Assembly (NCBI GenBank): GCA_033764315.1
Contig: JANRJA010000210.1
Coordinates: forward strand, 1 to 42,998
DNA: 42,998 bases
Direction: 5' to 3'
Source of the DNA: Oculatellaceae cyanobacterium bins.114
GTDB lineage: Bacteria > Cyanobacteriota > Cyanobacteriia > Elainellales > Elainellaceae
Shown here piece by piece: positions 18,891-30,799 of the stretch (positions are counted from its first letter, which is position 1; each line of letters opens with the position of its first letter). The position numbers were made by a program, and so were the translations under genes. Below the pieces are notes generated by a model. The model had not been told where the DNA came from. It ran no database searches and worked only from the letters and a program-made list of their open reading frames with translations.

Positions 18891-19877
18891 ATGGCTGGAA
18901 CCTATAAAGCAACTGGAATTAACCTAAAAGGCATACCGTTGGGGGAGAGCGATCGCCTCTTAACAGTGTTGACCCGAGAATTTGGGTTAATTCGGGTGGT
19001 TGCACCAGGGGCACGCAAGCACCAATCCAGTCTGCGGGGGAGAAGCGGATTATTTGTGGTGAACGAATTACTGATTGCTAAAGGACGTAGCTTAGACAAG
19101 ATTATTCAGGCAGAAAGCTTGGAGTCCTATCCCAGCTTGAGTCAAGACCTGCGAAAGCTGACCGCCAGCCAATACATTGCTGAACTAGTGCTCTATCAAG
19201 CCCTCAGTGACCAACCCCAAGATGAGCTGTTTGATCTGCTCAATCAACTCCTGAGCCTGATTGAGCGATTGCCGGGGGCTACAACGCTGGCCCTGTTGGT
19301 GCAAGCTGTGTTTCATCTACTCACACTGGCGGGGGTTGCGCCTCAGGTCAACAACTGTTGTTTGACGCAACAGGCTCTGATGCCCGATTTAATGAATTCT
19401 GACTGGCGGGTTGGGTTTAGCGCAAGTGCGGGTGGTACTGTGGACATGGCCGCCCTGAAGCAATCTTTATCTAGACCGATCAAAGCAAAGGAGCGTTTAT
19501 CTACCCAACGACAGTCTGTTTCTCTATCAACTGTCTCTTACCCGTTCGCAAGGCAAAGCGGTAAAGTTGTTCAAGGAGCGATCGCTTCTTCAGAAGTAAC
19601 CCATCGCTCTTATTCGTCGCCTGACTTTATAGCACACCTTGATGCCATTCAGTTGACCCTTTTGCAACGATTAGCTCAATCGGACTTGCCTCAAGCGGGG
19701 CAGCCGATCCAGCCCCCAGAGCAATCCTTGCCTACTCCCGTCTCTGATAATGTTTGGCTCTCGATTGAGCGAGTTCTGAGAAATTACGCTCAATATCATT
19801 TTGAGAAGTCAATCCGCTCGGCGACGTTAGTTGATACCTGTTTTTTGTCCACGCCCCCGCTCTCCCCCGAACCATGA
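18891..19877 (+). CDS. recO: DNA repair protein RecO
   Basis: TYKATGINLK, GESDRLLTVLTREFGLIRVVAPGARK and EKSIRS motifs. Confidence 0.93.
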   Translation: MAGTYKATGINLKGIPLGESDRLLTVLTREFGLIRVVAPGARKHQSSLRGRSGLFVVNELLIAKGRSLDKIIQAESLESYPSLSQDLRKLTASQYIAELVLYQALSDQPQDELFDLLNQLLSLIERLPGATTLALLVQAVFHLLTLAGVAPQVNNCCLTQQALMPDLMNSDWRVGFSASAGGTVDMAALKQSLSRPIKAKERLSTQRQSVSLSTVSYPFARQSGKVVQGAIASSEVTHRSYSSPDFIAHLDAIQLTLLQRLAQSDLPQAGQPIQPPEQSLPTPVSDNVWLSIERVLRNYAQYHFEKSIRSATLVDTCFLSTPPLSPEP

Positions 19878-21613
19878 TGCGATTGTCCGATTCAGATTTG
19901 GGAATGTACCAGCCGCTGCTCAGCCAGCTTGATGCTGGTACAGACGGTACGTTGCAACCACGAGTGGGGCAACCAGAGCCAAGCCAGCCGGATGTTAAAG
20001 AGCATGCCTCAAACGGCAATGGTCACACAACAACCGCTCATTCTAATGAACGGTCTGATGAGCCTGACTCGTCAGAGGCTCCTCCAGAAACTAGTGCTGC
20101 CTCAGCTATCCAAGAGTTGGTACAAGCAGCGACCAATAGTTCTTTACCTAACAGCTCTTTATCTGACCTAGAGCCATCTACTGAAGATGCTACTGAAGAT
20201 GTTGCCAATGGTCATGCCTCGAATGGTCGTCAGGGGGAGTCTGCCGTCTTATCCCAAAATGGTTCCCATCCGACTTTGGCTGATGCACCTCAAGAACCCA
20301 TTTTGGAAGAGGTAGAGCACGGATTTTTACCGGTTCTCAAAAACCGCAATTTTTTGGCGTTATGGAGTGGTCAGGTTTTTTCTCAACTGGCTGATAAGGT
20401 TTACCTGGTGTTGATGATCATGATCATCACCAGTCGATTTCAGGCGGAGGGGCAGACCATCAGCGGTTGGGTGTCTGCGGTTATGATTGCCTTTACGATT
20501 CCAGCTGTGTTGTTTGGGTCGATCGCTGGAGTGTATGTTGACCACTGGCCTAAAAAAGCGGTGTTGGTCTTTACCAACCTCTTGCGGGGAGGCTTGGTGC
20601 TGGCGTTACCGATGTTGCTCTGGGTTTCTCAGGGATGGGCACCGCTTGCGGGCATTCCCATTGGTTTTACCGCGTTATTAGGGATTACCTTTTTGGTGTC
20701 AACGCTGACCCAGTTTTTTGCTCCGGCTGAGCAGGCTGTCATTCCGCTGATCGTCGAACGCAAGCATTTGTTATCTGCCAATTCGCTGTATACGACAACG
20801 ATGATGGCTTCGGTCATTATTGGTTTTGCAGTCGGGGAGCCATTGTTGGCGATCGCTGATAGTTTGATTGACCAGTTCAATGCGATCACTAGCCCTGATA
20901 TTGGCAAGGAATTGCTGGTTGGGTTTAGTTATGCGATCGCAGGCTTTTTATTATTGCTCTTGCGTACTAACGAGAAAGCCGACCAGGATGACCAACCCCC
21001 TCCGCAGGTTTGGCAGAATATCCGGGATGGGCTGCGCTATTTACAAGAGCAAAGCAAGGTTCGAGCAGCTTTAACGCAGTTGGTCATCTTGTTTTCTATC
21101 TTCGCAGCTTTAGCGGTTCTCGCTGTGCGGTTGGCTGAGGTGATGCCTGCCATTAAGTCATCGCAGTTTGGCTTTTTGCTGGCGACGGGTGGGGTTGGCA
21201 TGGCGTTGGGGGCGGTGCTGATTGGTTACTTTGGGCAACGCATCTCTCGCACCCAACTCAGTCTCTATGGCTCTACGGGAATGGCAGCGTCTCTGGTCGG
21301 TCTGTCGCTCTTTACTGAGCGATTGGTACCTACCCTGCTGTTGCTGGCCTGTCTGGGGGCATTTGCAGCGATGGTGGGCATTCCGATGCAAACGGCCATT
21401 CAAGAAGAAACACCTGAAGAAATGCGGGGCAAAGTTTTTGGGCTACAAAACAACGCTATCAATATTGCTCTCAGCCTGCCGCTAGCCTTGGCTGGGGTGG
21501 CTGAAACCTATCTAGGGTTAGGAGCAGTGTTTGTTGGGTTAGCCATTCTGGCGATCGCTGGAGGGGTGATTACATGGTCGATTTCACGAGCAGAAGAAAC
21601 CAAATTGCCCTGA
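19874..21613 (+). CDS. MFS transporter with a long acidic N-terminal extension
   Basis: NRNFLALWSGQVFSQLAD, AGVYVDHW and EEMRGKVFG motifs; about 12 TM helices; overlaps the recO stop. Confidence 0.9.
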   Translation: MMRLSDSDLGMYQPLLSQLDAGTDGTLQPRVGQPEPSQPDVKEHASNGNGHTTTAHSNERSDEPDSSEAPPETSAASAIQELVQAATNSSLPNSSLSDLEPSTEDATEDVANGHASNGRQGESAVLSQNGSHPTLADAPQEPILEEVEHGFLPVLKNRNFLALWSGQVFSQLADKVYLVLMIMIITSRFQAEGQTISGWVSAVMIAFTIPAVLFGSIAGVYVDHWPKKAVLVFTNLLRGGLVLALPMLLWVSQGWAPLAGIPIGFTALLGITFLVSTLTQFFAPAEQAVIPLIVERKHLLSANSLYTTTMMASVIIGFAVGEPLLAIADSLIDQFNAITSPDIGKELLVGFSYAIAGFLLLLLRTNEKADQDDQPPPQVWQNIRDGLRYLQEQSKVRAALTQLVILFSIFAALAVLAVRLAEVMPAIKSSQFGFLLATGGVGMALGAVLIGYFGQRISRTQLSLYGSTGMAASLVGLSLFTERLVPTLLLLACLGAFAAMVGIPMQTAIQEETPEEMRGKVFGLQNNAINIALSLPLALAGVAETYLGLGAVFVGLAILAIAGGVITWSISRAEETKLP

Positions 21614-21678
21614 AATAATTAATTAATGATTAAATTCATATATTAGACAGATTATTTCAAATGGCAAACCTAAATTAA

Positions 21679-22836
21679 ATGCATATTGCTTGGCTTGGAA
21701 AGAAGTCCCCATTTTGTGGGAACGTCACCTATGGTCGAGAAGTTACAAACGCTCTCTTAGATCGTGGACATCGAGTTAGTTTCGTACATTTCGCGCAGGA
21801 TGAAGCTGATGAATCAGCTGACGGCACTGGGCGAGATTGTCAAGAAGTATCGATTCCGTTTTTGTATAAGTCTCAGATTTATACGATTCCTTCCTTCAAA
21901 TCGAGTAAGGTCTTGATACAAGCCCTGAGCCAGCTCAAGCCCGATCTGGTGCATGCTTCTTTGACGCTGTCTCCGCTTGATTTTCTGCTTCCAGAAATTT
22001 GTCAAGAGTTAGATCTGCCGTTGGTGGCTACGTTTCATCCGCCGTTTGACCGCAAGCGGCGTAACCTGACATCGGGCACACAGCACTTGATGTATCAGCT
22101 CTATGCGCCTTTTTTAGCAAATTACGATCGCGTCATCGTTTTTTCTAACATTCAGCAAGAGTTGCTGGTGCGCTTAGGGGTGCCGTCGGCCCATGTTGCC
22201 GTGATTCCCAATGGGGTTGATGTCGAAAAATACTCCCCTGGATTGTCGCGCGTTAAAGCCGAGTTAGGGGCGCAGCGACTGTTTGTCTATCAAGGACGGA
22301 TTGCCCCTGAGAAGAATGTTGAATCCCTGCTGAAAGCCTGGAAACACACCGAAATGGGCGATCGCAGTAAGTTGGTCATGGTGGGTAACGGGCCTCTAGC
22401 AACAACGCTGATGCCCTTTTATGGTGAGGAACACGGCATTATCTGGCTAGGGTTTGTGGCCGACGAACAGCGGCGGATTGAAATCTTGCGGGGTGCCGAT
22501 GTGTTTATCTTGCCTTCTTTAGTCGAGGGACTATCGCTCTCACTGCTGGAGGCTATGTCGTGTGGAGTCGCTTGTCTGGCAACCGATGCTGGAGCCGATG
22601 GCGAAGTTTTAGAAGATGGTGCGGGGGTGATTCTCAACACCAGTCGAGTTGCCACGCAATTGCAAACCTTGTTGCCATTGTTCCGTGATCACGCAGAACT
22701 GACCACTCTTTTGGGTCGCAAAGCCCGTCAACGAGTGCTCGATCGCTATACTCTTAACCGCAACATTAGTCGCGTAGAAGAGTTGTATTATCAGGTGTTA
22801 CAACAACAACGCGTGCACTTGAGTCGCTCGGTGTAA
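21679..22836 (+). CDS. Glycosyltransferase family 4
   Basis: VIPNGVD, GRIAPEKN and FILPSLVEGLSLSLLEAMSCG (E-X7-E). Confidence 0.92.
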   Translation: MHIAWLGKKSPFCGNVTYGREVTNALLDRGHRVSFVHFAQDEADESADGTGRDCQEVSIPFLYKSQIYTIPSFKSSKVLIQALSQLKPDLVHASLTLSPLDFLLPEICQELDLPLVATFHPPFDRKRRNLTSGTQHLMYQLYAPFLANYDRVIVFSNIQQELLVRLGVPSAHVAVIPNGVDVEKYSPGLSRVKAELGAQRLFVYQGRIAPEKNVESLLKAWKHTEMGDRSKLVMVGNGPLATTLMPFYGEEHGIIWLGFVADEQRRIEILRGADVFILPSLVEGLSLSLLEAMSCGVACLATDAGADGEVLEDGAGVILNTSRVATQLQTLLPLFRDHAELTTLLGRKARQRVLDRYTLNRNISRVEELYYQVLQQQRVHLSRSV

Positions 22837-22949
22837 GCGAGAATATCGGTGTAAGCGAGTATAGATGGAGTGAATGAAGGGCTAGAGGGTGTGATGACAA
22901 ATAGCCATTCACTCTCCCACTCAGCCCCCTTGCGTTACCACAGCCTTCT

Positions 22950-23711
22950 TTAGGCCATCACCTGACGGGCGATCGTATCAATCACCTTGGTCAAAGGATG
23001 ATCGGGATACTTGATTGAGAAAACACCCGCACTGGCCAACACCATCATTTCGTCGGAGTGTGGCAAAATGCCTGCGACTTCGGCTTCGTAGGTTTCTTCA
23101 ACTCGACGCTTTAGCTGAGCAAAATCAAATACGGTAGGAGCCTTGTTTACCACCATCAGCAGCTTGGGCACCTCTAGTTTGCGAGCTACATCCACCGTCA
23201 CAGCGGTACCTTGATAGTCTTGCTGGTCTGGGCGCAAAATCAGCACTAGCACATCAGAAATGGTGATGGAGAGTAGCGTCTCTTCGTTTAAGCCAGGATG
23301 GGTATCAATAAACAGGTAATCTAACTGAAGGGCTTCAATTAAGTCTTGGAACCCCTCATTGAGCAAGCCGACATCGTAGCCCTCGCGCAAGACTCGTGCA
23401 ATTTCGCCCGCTTTAACACTAGAGGGAACCAAAAAGACTTTGCTGCGACTATCGCCTCTGCCTTCTAGCACCGAGGTGACATCATAGGCTACATCTCCGA
23501 TCGCCCGCCGTCCCCAGAGGTAGTCATTTAGAGAGCGATCGATACTGTCCTCATCAAACCCAAACAAAACATGAATTCCAGGTGATTGAATGTCGGTATC
23601 GACAATTCCAACTCGATAACCATATCGGGCGACAGTAGCGGCGAGATTAGCAGTTGAGTTAGATTTCCCAGTTCCACCCCGATAAGAGTGAATGGAAACA
23701 ATTTTGGACAT
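22950..23711 (-). CDS. MinD/ParA-family ATPase
   Basis: Deviant Walker A HSYRGGTGKS, plus VDTDIQSPG and FIDTHPG. Confidence 0.88.
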   Translation of the reverse strand: MSKIVSIHSYRGGTGKSNSTANLAATVARYGYRVGIVDTDIQSPGIHVLFGFDEDSIDRSLNDYLWGRRAIGDVAYDVTSVLEGRGDSRSKVFLVPSSVKAGEIARVLREGYDVGLLNEGFQDLIEALQLDYLFIDTHPGLNEETLLSITISDVLVLILRPDQQDYQGTAVTVDVARKLEVPKLLMVVNKAPTVFDFAQLKRRVEETYEAEVAGILPHSDEMMVLASAGVFSIKYPDHPLTKVIDTIARQVMA

Positions 23712-24120
23712 GGTTTACCTCAGAGTTCGAGAACAAATTAGGGTGTATAGAAATATTGCCAAGTCAGGAGTGAGTTGTCGCTGGTTGGTCATCAGGGATG
23801 AGAACACCGATATTAGAGCTTTAGTGAGGCTGTTATGCGCCTATGTCATGTCTACGTAAACCCATCTCTATCTATAGGGTGAGGCAGAAGCGTGTCCTAA
23901 ATATCTAATCAAACCACATCTTTGCTTCACTGGGGAGTCAGGACATGGAGGGTAGGAGTGTGAGGGGGGAAATAAGTGAAACGTTAAAAGTCAAAGGTAT
24001 GTCATGAGTCATGGGTTATGGGTTTTACCCTTCTCGGTAGAGAAGGGCCGTAGACGAAAAGAACCCTATTCACGTTTGAAGGTGAGTGTACATGTCATAT
24101 CACCTTTTACCTTTTGCTTT

Positions 24121-25284
24121 TTATGCCTCAACAGAACTGCCTTGTTGATGCTTTCGCATGGCTTGGACAAACTGCTCAAATAAATAGTCAGCATCGTGAG
24201 GGCCGGGGCTAGCTTCAGGATGGTATTGCACTGAAAATAAAGGCAGAGTTTTGTGACGTAATCCAGCTACGGTGCGATCGTTTAAGTTGAGGTGAGTGAT
24301 TTCGACTTCAGCATGGGGCAGTGACTCAGCGGCGATCGCAAAACCGTGATTTTGGCTGGTGATCTCGATCCGCTGCCGCAACCCAGCAGGCTGGTTTAAG
24401 CCTCGATGGCCAAACTTTAACTTAAAGGTTTCAGCCCCCAAAGATAAGCCCAAAATTTGGTGCCCCATGCAAATGCCAAAAACAGGTTTTTGGGCGGTTA
24501 AGAGGGCTTTTGTCGTGGCAATGCCTTCGGTGACGGTTGATGGGTCACCTGGCCCATTAGAGAGGAAAATGCCATCGGGGTTATAGCTCAAGATCGCTTC
24601 TGGAGACGTATCAGCTGGAACGACAATGACTCGACAGCCATAACTTGCGAGTCGCCGTAAAATGTTGCGTTTAATGCCAAAGTCAAGGGCAACCACCGTT
24701 AGGGGAGCGTCACTAGACGGGGTGGTAGTGGTGTTAAATTCCCATACAGAGGTGGTGGGGTCAGACCATTCATACACTTCTTTGGTGCTGACTTCTTTGA
24801 CCAAGTTAAGCCCTGCCATGCTGGGTGCTTCTTGTACTTTAAGCAGCAATTCTAGTGGATCGAGAATGTCGGTTGAGATGGCTCCATTCATCGCCCCTGT
24901 CGAACGAATTTTGCGGGTTAGAGCACGAGTATCAATTCCGTAAATGCCTGGAATCTTGTGTTGTTTTAAGTAGTCAGGTAGTGACTGAGTCGATCGCCAG
25001 TTACTGGGACGAGGACAAATGTTACGGGCGATCGCCCCGGCCACCTGAGGAGCTTGTGATTCTTCGTCTTCAGGGTTGACGCCTGTGTTTCCCAATTCTG
25101 GGTAGGTGAAGGTGACGATTTGACCGCGATAGCTGGGGTCGGTTAAAACTTCTTGATATCCAGTCATGCCCGTGTTAAAAACAACTTCACCGATCGCAGT
25201 GCCTGATGCACCAAACGACCACCCTCGATATGTGGTTCCATCTGCCAAAACGAGCAAAGCAGGCTGGGCGGTAGAAAATGACAT
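24121..25284 (-). CDS. carA: Carbamoyl-phosphate synthase small subunit
   Basis: [28 protein letters not shown] and [12 protein letters not shown] motifs. Confidence 0.98.
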   Translation of the reverse strand: MSFSTAQPALLVLADGTTYRGWSFGASGTAIGEVVFNTGMTGYQEVLTDPSYRGQIVTFTYPELGNTGVNPEDEESQAPQVAGAIARNICPRPSNWRSTQSLPDYLKQHKIPGIYGIDTRALTRKIRSTGAMNGAISTDILDPLELLLKVQEAPSMAGLNLVKEVSTKEVYEWSDPTTSVWEFNTTTTPSSDAPLTVVALDFGIKRNILRRLASYGCRVIVVPADTSPEAILSYNPDGIFLSNGPGDPSTVTEGIATTKALLTAQKPVFGICMGHQILGLSLGAETFKLKFGHRGLNQPAGLRQRIEITSQNHGFAIAAESLPHAEVEITHLNLNDRTVAGLRHKTLPLFSVQYHPEASPGPHDADYLFEQFVQAMRKHQQGSSVEA

Positions 25285-25538
25285 AGAACCTCGGTAAGCA
25301 ATATGAGATAACGATAGGAGGGAGCAATTAACTCCATCACGGAACTGCTGCGCAACGCCTTTAATCCTAAACTTGAATCAGGGAATATTGAAGTATAAGA
25401 TTTACCATCATTTTTATTGAATTCCAGGTAGACCCTAGAGAGGTATGGTGCACCTCCTGGTTGATTTTAACTCCTGGTTGATTGTAGCCAACCGCTAAAA
25501 CTCCTCTGCTCAACTCTTTTGCGTGACTTATTACAGCC

Positions 25539-26435
25539 ATGCCTACTTCTCTTCAGTCCGGCGCAACGTTCACCTTACTGTTTAGCTTGTTGGCGATCGC
25601 CAGTGCCAGCTGTGGCGACACCAACTCCATCAATTCCAGTGCAGTGCAGACCTCGGCTCCTGTAGCGAGTCCAGTTGTGGCTCCGAGCACAGATCCAGTT
25701 GAGGTGGCAGCTAGCCCTGCCCCCGCCCCCCAAACTGATTCCTATCAACGGGCGATTACTAGAGCCTCTAGTGCTTACACCATTGGTCAATCAGCCCAAT
25801 CTCAAGACGATTGGCGTTTAGTGGCGAGTCGCTGGCAACAGGCGATCGACCTGATGGCATCGATCCCGACAAGCAGCCCCAATCATGCTTTGGCGCAACG
25901 CAAACTGCCAGAATATCGCCGCAATTTGACCTATGCTCAACAACAGGCCAGCCGTCCGACCACGAGCAACAATCCAGGGCGAATTGTTGTGTCACCTCCA
26001 GAGGGGGCAGTCCAAGGGGGTGCTCCGATCAGTGCTGTGCCCGCACCTCGCAGTCTCACTGGGGATGGAGTGTTTCGCGTGCCCATTGCTCGCCGGATGG
26101 GGGGCACTCCGGTCGTGAATGTCACGTTTAATGGTAGTCAAACCTATGAAATGATTTTGGATACTGGAGCCAGCGGGACTTTGATTACACAAGCGATGGC
26201 TGCGGCATTGGGGGTGACTCCTGTGGGTCAGGTCAGAGTAGATACGGCGAGTGCTCGTGATGTGTCATTTCCCCTGGGGTATGTCAATTCGATTGAGGTG
26301 GGAGGGGCGATCGCGACAGATGTGGTGGTTGCCGTGGCGGGTCCTGATCTGACGGTGGGTTTGTTGGGACATGACTTTTTTGGTAACTATGATGTCACCA
26401 TTCGGCAGAATGAAGTGGAATTTCGGGCGAGATAG
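25539..26435 (+). CDS. Retropepsin-like aspartic protease, probable lipoprotein with an N-terminal helical domain
   Basis: MILDTGASGT and GLLGHDFF motifs; signal peptide ending ASASC. Confidence 0.85.
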   Translation: MPTSLQSGATFTLLFSLLAIASASCGDTNSINSSAVQTSAPVASPVVAPSTDPVEVAASPAPAPQTDSYQRAITRASSAYTIGQSAQSQDDWRLVASRWQQAIDLMASIPTSSPNHALAQRKLPEYRRNLTYAQQQASRPTTSNNPGRIVVSPPEGAVQGGAPISAVPAPRSLTGDGVFRVPIARRMGGTPVVNVTFNGSQTYEMILDTGASGTLITQAMAAALGVTPVGQVRVDTASARDVSFPLGYVNSIEVGGAIATDVVVAVAGPDLTVGLLGHDFFGNYDVTIRQNEVEFRAR

Positions 26436-26448
26436 CAAGGGAGCTGCC

Positions 26449-27579
26449 TCAACTCTTTAAAAACTGAGCTAACTGCTCGACTTTATCCCAAGCGGCTCCG
26501 CTTTTGAGGATTTCTTTGGCGATCGCCACTCCTTGGCGATAGACCTCAAGGGCTGAGGCGTTGGTGAGATCAATGGGGATGCCGCCCCCGACGCTCAGTG
26601 CCAGAGCCGCATTAAAGGCAACGACATCGTGTTGAGCTTGCGTCCCTTTGCCTTGCAAGACGGCTCGCAAGATCTCGACATTTTCGTCAACCTCTCCCCC
26701 TTGCAGGGCTGTGGTTGGGGCAGAGATGAGTCCTAACTCAAGCGGATCTAGGGTCATTGACTCTAGGCGATCGCCCGTAACGACAGCGGCATGGGTCACA
26801 TCTGCCAAACCTGCTTCATCTAATTTTTCGCGACCGTGTAACACGATGGCCTGGGGTCTGCCCAATGCTTGAAGGGCCTGGGCGATCGTCTCAACCAGGT
26901 TTGGGTTAAACACGCCAATCACTTGTCCCGTGGGCTGTAGTGGGTTCACCAGAGGCCCCAACAAGTTAAACACGGTTCTCACTTTGAGCGTTTTACGAAT
27001 GGGGGCGACATACTTCATCGCCGGATGCCAACCGGGGGCAAACAGGAAGGTGATCCCCACGGCATTGAGAGCCGCTTTTGCCTGGTCGGGTGGGGCTGTG
27101 ATGGCGATCCCAAGGGCCTCTAACACATCCGCAGAGCCGACCTTGCCCGATGCTGAGCGGTTGCCATGTTTTGCCACGGGAATGCCTGCGGCGGCGGCCA
27201 CAAACGCCACAGCCGTAGAAATGTTGAAGGTGGATGCACCGTCGCCCCCAGTGCCACAGGTGTCGATGCGCACGGGAGGAAGCAAGGTAGCGTCGATCGC
27301 GGCTCCTAATGACTGCTCTAGTAAAACTTGCGCCATGCCTGCTAGCTCTATTGCCGACACACCCTTGGCTTGAATAGCAGCTAAAATTGCCCCCGACAGA
27401 GCTGGGGAAATCGCTTCGGTTAACCAACCCTGCATCAGCTCAGCGGCTTGTTGACGGTCGAGTGATTGACCGTCGATCAGTTGTTGCAGCAAAGCTGGCC
27501 AATGAGAGGAGGCGATCGCGTCAGGTGTAGGGGTGACAGCAGGGGAGGTAGTCATAATCGGGAAGAGGTGATCTATCAA
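26449..27579 (-). CDS. trpD: Anthranilate phosphoribosyltransferase
   Basis: [34 protein letters not shown] and [13 protein letters not shown] motifs. The true start may be the ATG at 27555. Confidence 0.97.
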   Translation of the reverse strand: MIDHLFPIMTTSPAVTPTPDAIASSHWPALLQQLIDGQSLDRQQAAELMQGWLTEAISPALSGAILAAIQAKGVSAIELAGMAQVLLEQSLGAAIDATLLPPVRIDTCGTGGDGASTFNISTAVAFVAAAAGIPVAKHGNRSASGKVGSADVLEALGIAITAPPDQAKAALNAVGITFLFAPGWHPAMKYVAPIRKTLKVRTVFNLLGPLVNPLQPTGQVIGVFNPNLVETIAQALQALGRPQAIVLHGREKLDEAGLADVTHAAVVTGDRLESMTLDPLELGLISAPTTALQGGEVDENVEILRAVLQGKGTQAQHDVVAFNAALALSVGGGIPIDLTNASALEVYRQGVAIAKEILKSGAAWDKVEQLAQFLKS

Positions 27580-27629
27580 AAGTCATAGTCAGTATCAACC
27601 ATTATTTCCTGATTTGGTTACGACAGACG

Positions 27630-28955
27630 TTATGAATTAAACGGTTTCAAGGTTTTAGGGACTTGAAGAGCGAGGGTAATGGCACGCGCTGCCATAAAAG
27701 TGGTTAGAGCAAACCAGAGCAGCTGAACGCTGTGCAACCACCAGGTGATCGCCGCGAGTGGGGCAAACCCTATGCCAGCGGCAATCAACGTAGAGGTTTT
27801 GAGAATGCGTCCCTCGGTCAAGCCTAAAAAGTAGCCATCTAGCATGTAGGCGATCGAGCCAAAGCCCAAGATGGGTAAGAGCCACCCGACATAGTTACCC
27901 ACTTGATTGAGAATGTCAGTGTGACTGGTCAACAGCCGAAAGATGGGCAGGGGCATCACAATAGGGGCGATCGCAAAGAGAAACCCCAATCCTAAACTGA
28001 CACTGCCTGATAGACGCACCAAGGCGAGTAGTTGATCGTGCGCTCCCCTGCCGCGAAAGATGCCTGCAAAACTTTCGGTAGCAAAGGCTAACCCATCAAT
28101 AAAATAAGCGGCCAGGGTGACGATCTGGAGTAACAGCGTGTTGATCGTCAAAATCGAGGTGCCAAACGCTGAACTCAAGTTAGTAAACATACTAAACGTT
28201 GTCACCATCGCAAAGGTGCGAATCAGAATATCGGTATTGAGGCTAAAAGCCGCTTTAAGGGCAACTGGGTTAAAAATTTGGGGAGTCATGGCTCTTATGT
28301 GTTGCCAATTGACCTCACGACCGATCAACCCCAGCCCCACCACCAGCATTAAATATTGGCTCAACGCGGTTGCCCAACCTGCTCCAGCACTGGCCCAGCC
28401 CCATTGCACAATCAGCAAATAATTCAACACCACATGGGTCAGGTTACTCACTGCCGACAACACCAGCACTTTATTGCTTTGGGCTTGCCCTAAAAACCAA
28501 CCCATCAAGACAAAGTTAATCAAAGTGGCAGGGGCACCCCAAATCAGCGCATCAAAATAGGCGATCCCAGACGCTTTGACATCGGGGGTGGCACTGAGCA
28601 GAGCAAAACCCAGATCTCGCAGGGGAGCATGCAACACCAGAATCAGCAGCCCTAACCCCAGTGCCAATAATCCGTTACGGAGTCCGGTTAGCCAAACCTC
28701 GGTGCGATCGCCCCGTCCCAAGGCTTGAGCGGTGGTGCCCGTAGTCCCCATCCGCAGAAACCCAAACGTCCAGTAGATGTAGTTGAACAAAACCGTAGCA
28801 AGTGCCACCCCTGCTAAATAGTGGATCGCGTCTAGATGTCCCAAAAATGCCACATCGACCAAGCCCGCCAACGGCACCAGCAGATTTGAGAGAACATTGA
28901 CGATCGCCAACCGCCCGAACGATCGATAAAAACTAGATGATGCAGATGGAGTCAC
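27630..28955 (-). CDS. MATE-family (DinF-like) efflux transporter
   Basis: PLAGLVDVAFLGHL, FGFLRMGTTGTTAQALG and YFIDGLAFATE motifs; about 12 TM helices. Confidence 0.92.
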   Translation of the reverse strand: MTPSASSSFYRSFGRLAIVNVLSNLLVPLAGLVDVAFLGHLDAIHYLAGVALATVLFNYIYWTFGFLRMGTTGTTAQALGRGDRTEVWLTGLRNGLLALGLGLLILVLHAPLRDLGFALLSATPDVKASGIAYFDALIWGAPATLINFVLMGWFLGQAQSNKVLVLSAVSNLTHVVLNYLLIVQWGWASAGAGWATALSQYLMLVVGLGLIGREVNWQHIRAMTPQIFNPVALKAAFSLNTDILIRTFAMVTTFSMFTNLSSAFGTSILTINTLLLQIVTLAAYFIDGLAFATESFAGIFRGRGAHDQLLALVRLSGSVSLGLGFLFAIAPIVMPLPIFRLLTSHTDILNQVGNYVGWLLPILGFGSIAYMLDGYFLGLTEGRILKTSTLIAAGIGFAPLAAITWWLHSVQLLWFALTTFMAARAITLALQVPKTLKPFNS

Positions 28956-29290
28956 ACAGGCTCAGGGAGAAAAAGGCAAACCGACAAAGGAGTAGAGGAG
29001 TAATTTAGCACTCCATTCTCTGATCTCGCCATGTTGATTTTGATCGGTTTAGTCAAGTCAGTTGTATTAATTCTTATATGACCCCTACATCTGGAATTTG
29101 TATAGCTTTCCATCGGTATATCTAGTAGTCTAGTTAAGCCAAGATCAGAGGTTAGGGTTCGGAGCAGCGATTCAGGCGTTGGGTGTCTACCAGAGATTAA
29201 TTCTTCAAGTAATCACACTCACTTGTCAGAACGAAGCACCTATAATCGTAACCTCTGATTTATCAGCGATTAGGTAGGGGTTGAGCAGCC

Positions 29291-30679
29291 GTGGAAATTA
29301 CCTTAGAAAATTTCTGGAACCGAGTTTTAGAGCGTTTAGAGTTACAGTTGAGCCGCCCCACCTTTGATACCTGGGTAAAATCAGCCAGCGTTGAAAGATT
29401 TGATCAAGATTGCCTGGTGATTTGCACCACCAATCCGTTTGCCCGTAACTGGTTGCAGAAATACTATTTCAAAACCATCGTCGATGTTGTGACTGAGGTT
29501 TTGGGGCGATCGATCGATATTCACATCACGGCTCGACCCGGCAGCGAATTGGAAGAAGGAGCAGAGACCGATCTGTTGTGGCCCCTGCCTAGTGCCGCGC
29601 CTCCTGCCGAAGCCCCACCTGCGGCAACCCCGTCTAAGCATAAGCAGCACAATGATTTGAACCCCAAATATGTCTTTTCCCGATTTGTGGTCGGTTCTAA
29701 TAACCGCATGGCGCATGCCGCCTCGTTAGCGGTCGCCGAGTCACCCGGTCGAGAGTTTAATCCGCTCTTTTTGTGTGGGGGGGTCGGATTAGGAAAGACC
29801 CACTTAATGCAGGCGATCGGGCACTATCGCTTAGAGATTGACCCCAACTCCCGCATCTTTTATGTCTCAACCGAGCAGTTCACTAACGATCTAATCGCAG
29901 CTATTCGCAAGGACAGCATGCAGAGTTTTCGGGAGCAATATCGAGCCGTCGATGTGCTGTTGGTGGATGATATCCAGTTCATTGAAGGCAAGGAATACAC
30001 TCAGGAAGAATTCTTTCATACCTTTAATACCTTGCATGAAGCGGGTCGGCAAGTTGTGCTAGCCAGCGATCGCCCCCCCAATCAAATTCCTCGGTTGCAA
30101 GAACGCCTCTGTTCTCGGTTTTCGATGGGCTTAATTGCTGACATTCAACCCCCCGACCTCGAAACGCGGATGGCGATTTTGCAAAAGAAAGCCGAATACG
30201 AAAATATGCGGTTGCCCCGTGAGGTCATTGAATACATTGCCTCTAGCTATACCTCTAACATTCGAGAATTAGAGGGTGCGCTGATTCGGGCGGTGGCCTA
30301 TATCTCTATTTCGGGGTTGCCGATGACGGTCGAAAATATTTCCCCTGTGCTCAATCCGCCTACTGAACAGGTTGCCGCCTCTCCTGAAGCCGTGATGGCA
30401 GCGATCGCCGATACGTTTAATGTCTCAGTGGATGACCTCAAAGGATCATCTCGGCGGCGTGAAATCAGCGTGGCTCGTCAGATCGGGATGTTTTTAATGC
30501 GACAACACACCGACTTGAGCCTGCCCAAAATTGGCGAAGTGTTTGGCGGCAAAGACCATACCACCGTGCTCCACAGCTACAACAAGATTGACCAGCTTAA
30601 AGAAACCGATGTCGATCTAGCGCGAACACTGCGGCAACTCAATGAGCGGATTAATCTGTCAAACTCGACTCGTAAGTAA
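29291..30679 (+). CDS. dnaA: Chromosomal replication initiator DnaA
   Basis: [40 protein letters not shown] and [11 protein letters not shown] motifs. Confidence 0.99.
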   Translation: MEITLENFWNRVLERLELQLSRPTFDTWVKSASVERFDQDCLVICTTNPFARNWLQKYYFKTIVDVVTEVLGRSIDIHITARPGSELEEGAETDLLWPLPSAAPPAEAPPAATPSKHKQHNDLNPKYVFSRFVVGSNNRMAHAASLAVAESPGREFNPLFLCGGVGLGKTHLMQAIGHYRLEIDPNSRIFYVSTEQFTNDLIAAIRKDSMQSFREQYRAVDVLLVDDIQFIEGKEYTQEEFFHTFNTLHEAGRQVVLASDRPPNQIPRLQERLCSRFSMGLIADIQPPDLETRMAILQKKAEYENMRLPREVIEYIASSYTSNIRELEGALIRAVAYISISGLPMTVENISPVLNPPTEQVAASPEAVMAAIADTFNVSVDDLKGSSRRREISVARQIGMFLMRQHTDLSLPKIGEVFGGKDHTTVLHSYNKIDQLKETDVDLARTLRQLNERINLSNSTRK

Positions 30680-30799
30680 GATTGGGGGCTAGGCAACCTT
30701 TTCAGCCGACGGTCAATACTTGTTGATTGGTATGCCATACAAGCTTTTGGTCTATCACTAGCCCTTTATGCGAGGGATTTTGAAGACGCGATCGCTTAG

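Noticed and set aside
27630-28955. MATE transporter as a sign of a toxin biosynthesis cluster
   Set aside because: It is flanked by trpD and dnaA with no biosynthetic genes nearby.
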